A stretch of DNA of 64,000 bases from a virus, in IMG/VR virus record IMGVR_UViG_3300031521_000039, positions 1 through 64,000 of that record. One strand, given 5' to 3'. Position numbers and translations under genes: made by a program. Under the pieces are notes generated by a model, which made no database searches, was not told the origin of the DNA, and was given only the letters and a program-made list of their open reading frames with translations. Each line of letters begins with the position of its first letter. Position 1 is the stretch's first letter. This document shows, piece after piece, positions 62,102 through 64,000 of the stretch.

Positions 62102-62215
62102 TTATTTATTCATAACTCTAGCATATATACTTTTCAATGAATTTGCTATTTTTAAACTATTCTTATATGTAGAATTAGATAATAATTGTAATGCTTCTAA
62201 TTTAGTTATATTCAT
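62102..62215 (-). CDS. 37-aa peptide with TMP-like motif (MNITKLEALQLLSNSTYKNSLKIANSLKSIYARVMNK)
   Basis: Translated by hand; SD AAGGAAG; own promoter TTGACT-17-TATTAT. Confidence 0.65.
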   Translation of the reverse strand: MNITKLEALQLLSNSTYKNSLKIANSLKSIYARVMNK

Positions 62216-62283
62216 TTAATTCACTTCCTTTCATTTACTATAATATACCAACTAAGTTTTAAAGTCAATGTACTTTTATTAAT

Positions 62284-62874
62284 TTATTTAACTATATATC
62301 CTTTTACTTTCTGAACTCCTAATTTAGAAATACGTTTAGAGTATTCTCTATCGCTTTCACCATATTCTCTTTCTATAAATACATCTAGTCTTGTATCTAT
62401 TGCAAAATGTTTATTACTTCCTTTATCATTTACAATAACCTGTCCATATCTTTCTAGGTATATTTGAGTATTTTGTGGTATTACATTATTTGCAACTCCA
62501 CCTCGACTAAGTTTTTTACCTTGACTTGTTATTGATCCATAACCATTTTCTGAATTCATAGAACTATAAAATGTTAATACAAATTCTTGCCATTGTGGTT
62601 CAATCTTCTTTTGTTTTTCCAACTCTTTTTCTTTTTGTAATTTTAATTCTTCACCTTTCTTTTTCTCTAGTTCTATTTTATCTCTTTCATATTGTTCTTG
62701 CATTGGATTAATTAATAATCCAAATTTATCAGTTTTTAGTACCATTTCTTTTGCATTAACTTGTTTTTCAGCTATCTGCATTGCATTATTGTGAAATGGT
62801 GTTTGGTGTGTACTATATGTAGATAATAACAATGTTGTACTAAGTACACAGACAATCCTCTTTCCTTTTAGCAT
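62284..62874 (-). CDS. 3D-domain (MltA-like) exported protein
   Basis: LTFYSS..TSQG..VANNVIP.NT..VNDKG..RLDVFI; N-terminal signal. Confidence 0.75.
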   Translation of the reverse strand: MLKGKRIVCVLSTTLLLSTYSTHQTPFHNNAMQIAEKQVNAKEMVLKTDKFGLLINPMQEQYERDKIELEKKKGEELKLQKEKELEKQKKIEPQWQEFVLTFYSSMNSENGYGSITSQGKKLSRGGVANNVIPQNTQIYLERYGQVIVNDKGSNKHFAIDTRLDVFIEREYGESDREYSKRISKLGVQKVKGYIVK

Positions 62875-62895
62875 TTAATCAGCTCCAATCTTATG

Positions 62896-63759
62896 TTATT
62901 TTTTAATCATAGTTATAGCTTTTTCTGTTTCATTTGCAATCTCTACTGTGTTATTAGCAAGTTCTTGAACCGCTGAACTAGTTTGTTCCATACATGCACT
63001 TACTGAAATCATTCCATCATTTATTCCTTCTATACGTGATATTCTAAGTACATTACTTTCTTTGAGTTTCTTACTATTTTCTTTACCTGTTTCAGTTTTT
63101 TTAAGAATAATATTAGCTGTAACTTGTAAGTCTTCTACAATTTTACTAATCATTGTACTTGAGTTTTTAGTTTCTTCTGCAAGTTTTTTAACTTCATTAG
63201 CTACAACTGCAAACCCTTTGCCAGCATCTCCTGCTCTTGCAGACTCTATACTTGCATTTAGCGATAAAAGATTAGTTTGATTAGCTATTTCTTTGATTAC
63301 ATTTGTTATTTTAGAAATATCTTTCATTTTTACATATAATTCATTTGCATTATTATAGTTGTCAACATTATCATTATGGAATACTTCCATAATTCCACTA
63401 TTATTTTTTGCACTCTCATATGCAAGATTAACTTCTGAAGTAATATGAACTATATTTGATGTTACTTCTTGTATAGTAGCACTTATTTCTTCAACTGAAC
63501 CTGCTTGACCGGTAATAGTATTGTTGATAGTTTCTATTTCTGTAAGTATATTTTTACCTACTTTATTTGTTGATTTTTTATATTCTTCGAATTCTTTATC
63601 TTTACTAATTAAAGTTGTATGTAGTTCTTTATTTTTTAATTCTAGTTCTTTGATTTTATTATCACTTTCTAGTTTAAGTGTTTTTAACTTGTTGTCCATT
63701 TCCTTTTCTAAAGATTCTCTTAGTTCTTGTAGTCCTTTTGTATTTTTAAATATTTTCAT
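62896..63759 (-). CDS. soluble methyl-accepting chemotaxis signalling-domain protein
   Basis: [38 protein letters not shown]; no TM or sensor domain. Confidence 0.9.
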   Translation of the reverse strand: MKIFKNTKGLQELRESLEKEMDNKLKTLKLESDNKIKELELKNKELHTTLISKDKEFEEYKKSTNKVGKNILTEIETINNTITGQAGSVEEISATIQEVTSNIVHITSEVNLAYESAKNNSGIMEVFHNDNVDNYNNANELYVKMKDISKITNVIKEIANQTNLLSLNASIESARAGDAGKGFAVVANEVKKLAEETKNSSTMISKIVEDLQVTANIILKKTETGKENSKKLKESNVLRISRIEGINDGMISVSACMEQTSSAVQELANNTVEIANETEKAITMIKK

Positions 63760-64000
63760 GTTGATACACTCTCCTTTAATTCAATTTTTATTCTTTTTGT
63801 TTTTAATAGCTTATATATTGTGTCATCTCTCATTATTGATTGTCTCCTTTTATATTTTAATTTCTGTTACTTCATCTTTAATTTCTATTTCCTTACTTCT
63901 GTCAAAATTAAAATGATTGTTTATCCCAATATCACTTTGGAAATAGAATTTTTCATTACAATTATCTGTTAAACATCTTGCTACAAATTCAACATATTTA

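Noticed and set aside
1273-63916. Many short opposite-strand ORFs in the track (e.g. 1273-1557, 9768-10091, 20072-20539, 63521-63916)
   Set aside because: They lie antisense to well-supported genes, lack SD sequences and look like shadow translations.
1-64000. CRISPR array, tRNA or rRNA genes, IS transposases
   Set aside because: I saw no regularly spaced repeat-spacer units, cloverleafs or transposase motifs; a tRNAscan/CRISPR scan was not possible.

Overview
This AT-rich 64 kb window looks like part of a large SPbeta/c-st-like siphovirus or prophage infecting a Clostridium (host inferred from the choline-binding repeat and cohesin/dockerin genes). The + arm (1 to ~49 kb) carries moron and regulatory genes, a ~1981-aa tape measure protein (TMP) gene split by a 288-nt ORF-less group I intron, and Dit/Tal/BppU/fibre genes. 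It continues with a lysis region (papain-like peptidase-SPOR, amidase, holin), a RepL/GIY-YIG cassette, a second ~16 kb fibre-like gene cluster, RusA and a tyrosine recombinase. The - arm (~49-64 kb) is an early/DNA-metabolism region: ThyX-like protein, DNA ligase, N6-methyltransferase, dUTPase, an FTR-NrdH-NrdD-NrdG operon, SLOG protein, 3D-domain protein and a soluble chemoreceptor domain. Most notable: (1) several early-region genes seem to carry short fragments resembling conserved motifs of virion/packaging proteins (terminase Walker B, major capsid, two TMP segments), a candidate decoy anti-defence system; (2) two paralogous type I toxin-antitoxin-like loci whose small RNA matches its own mRNA through co-varying direct repeats; (3) the group I intron in the TMP gene; (4) an HTH-glycine zipper-HEPN protein. 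All family assignments come from reading motifs by eye; no database searches were run.
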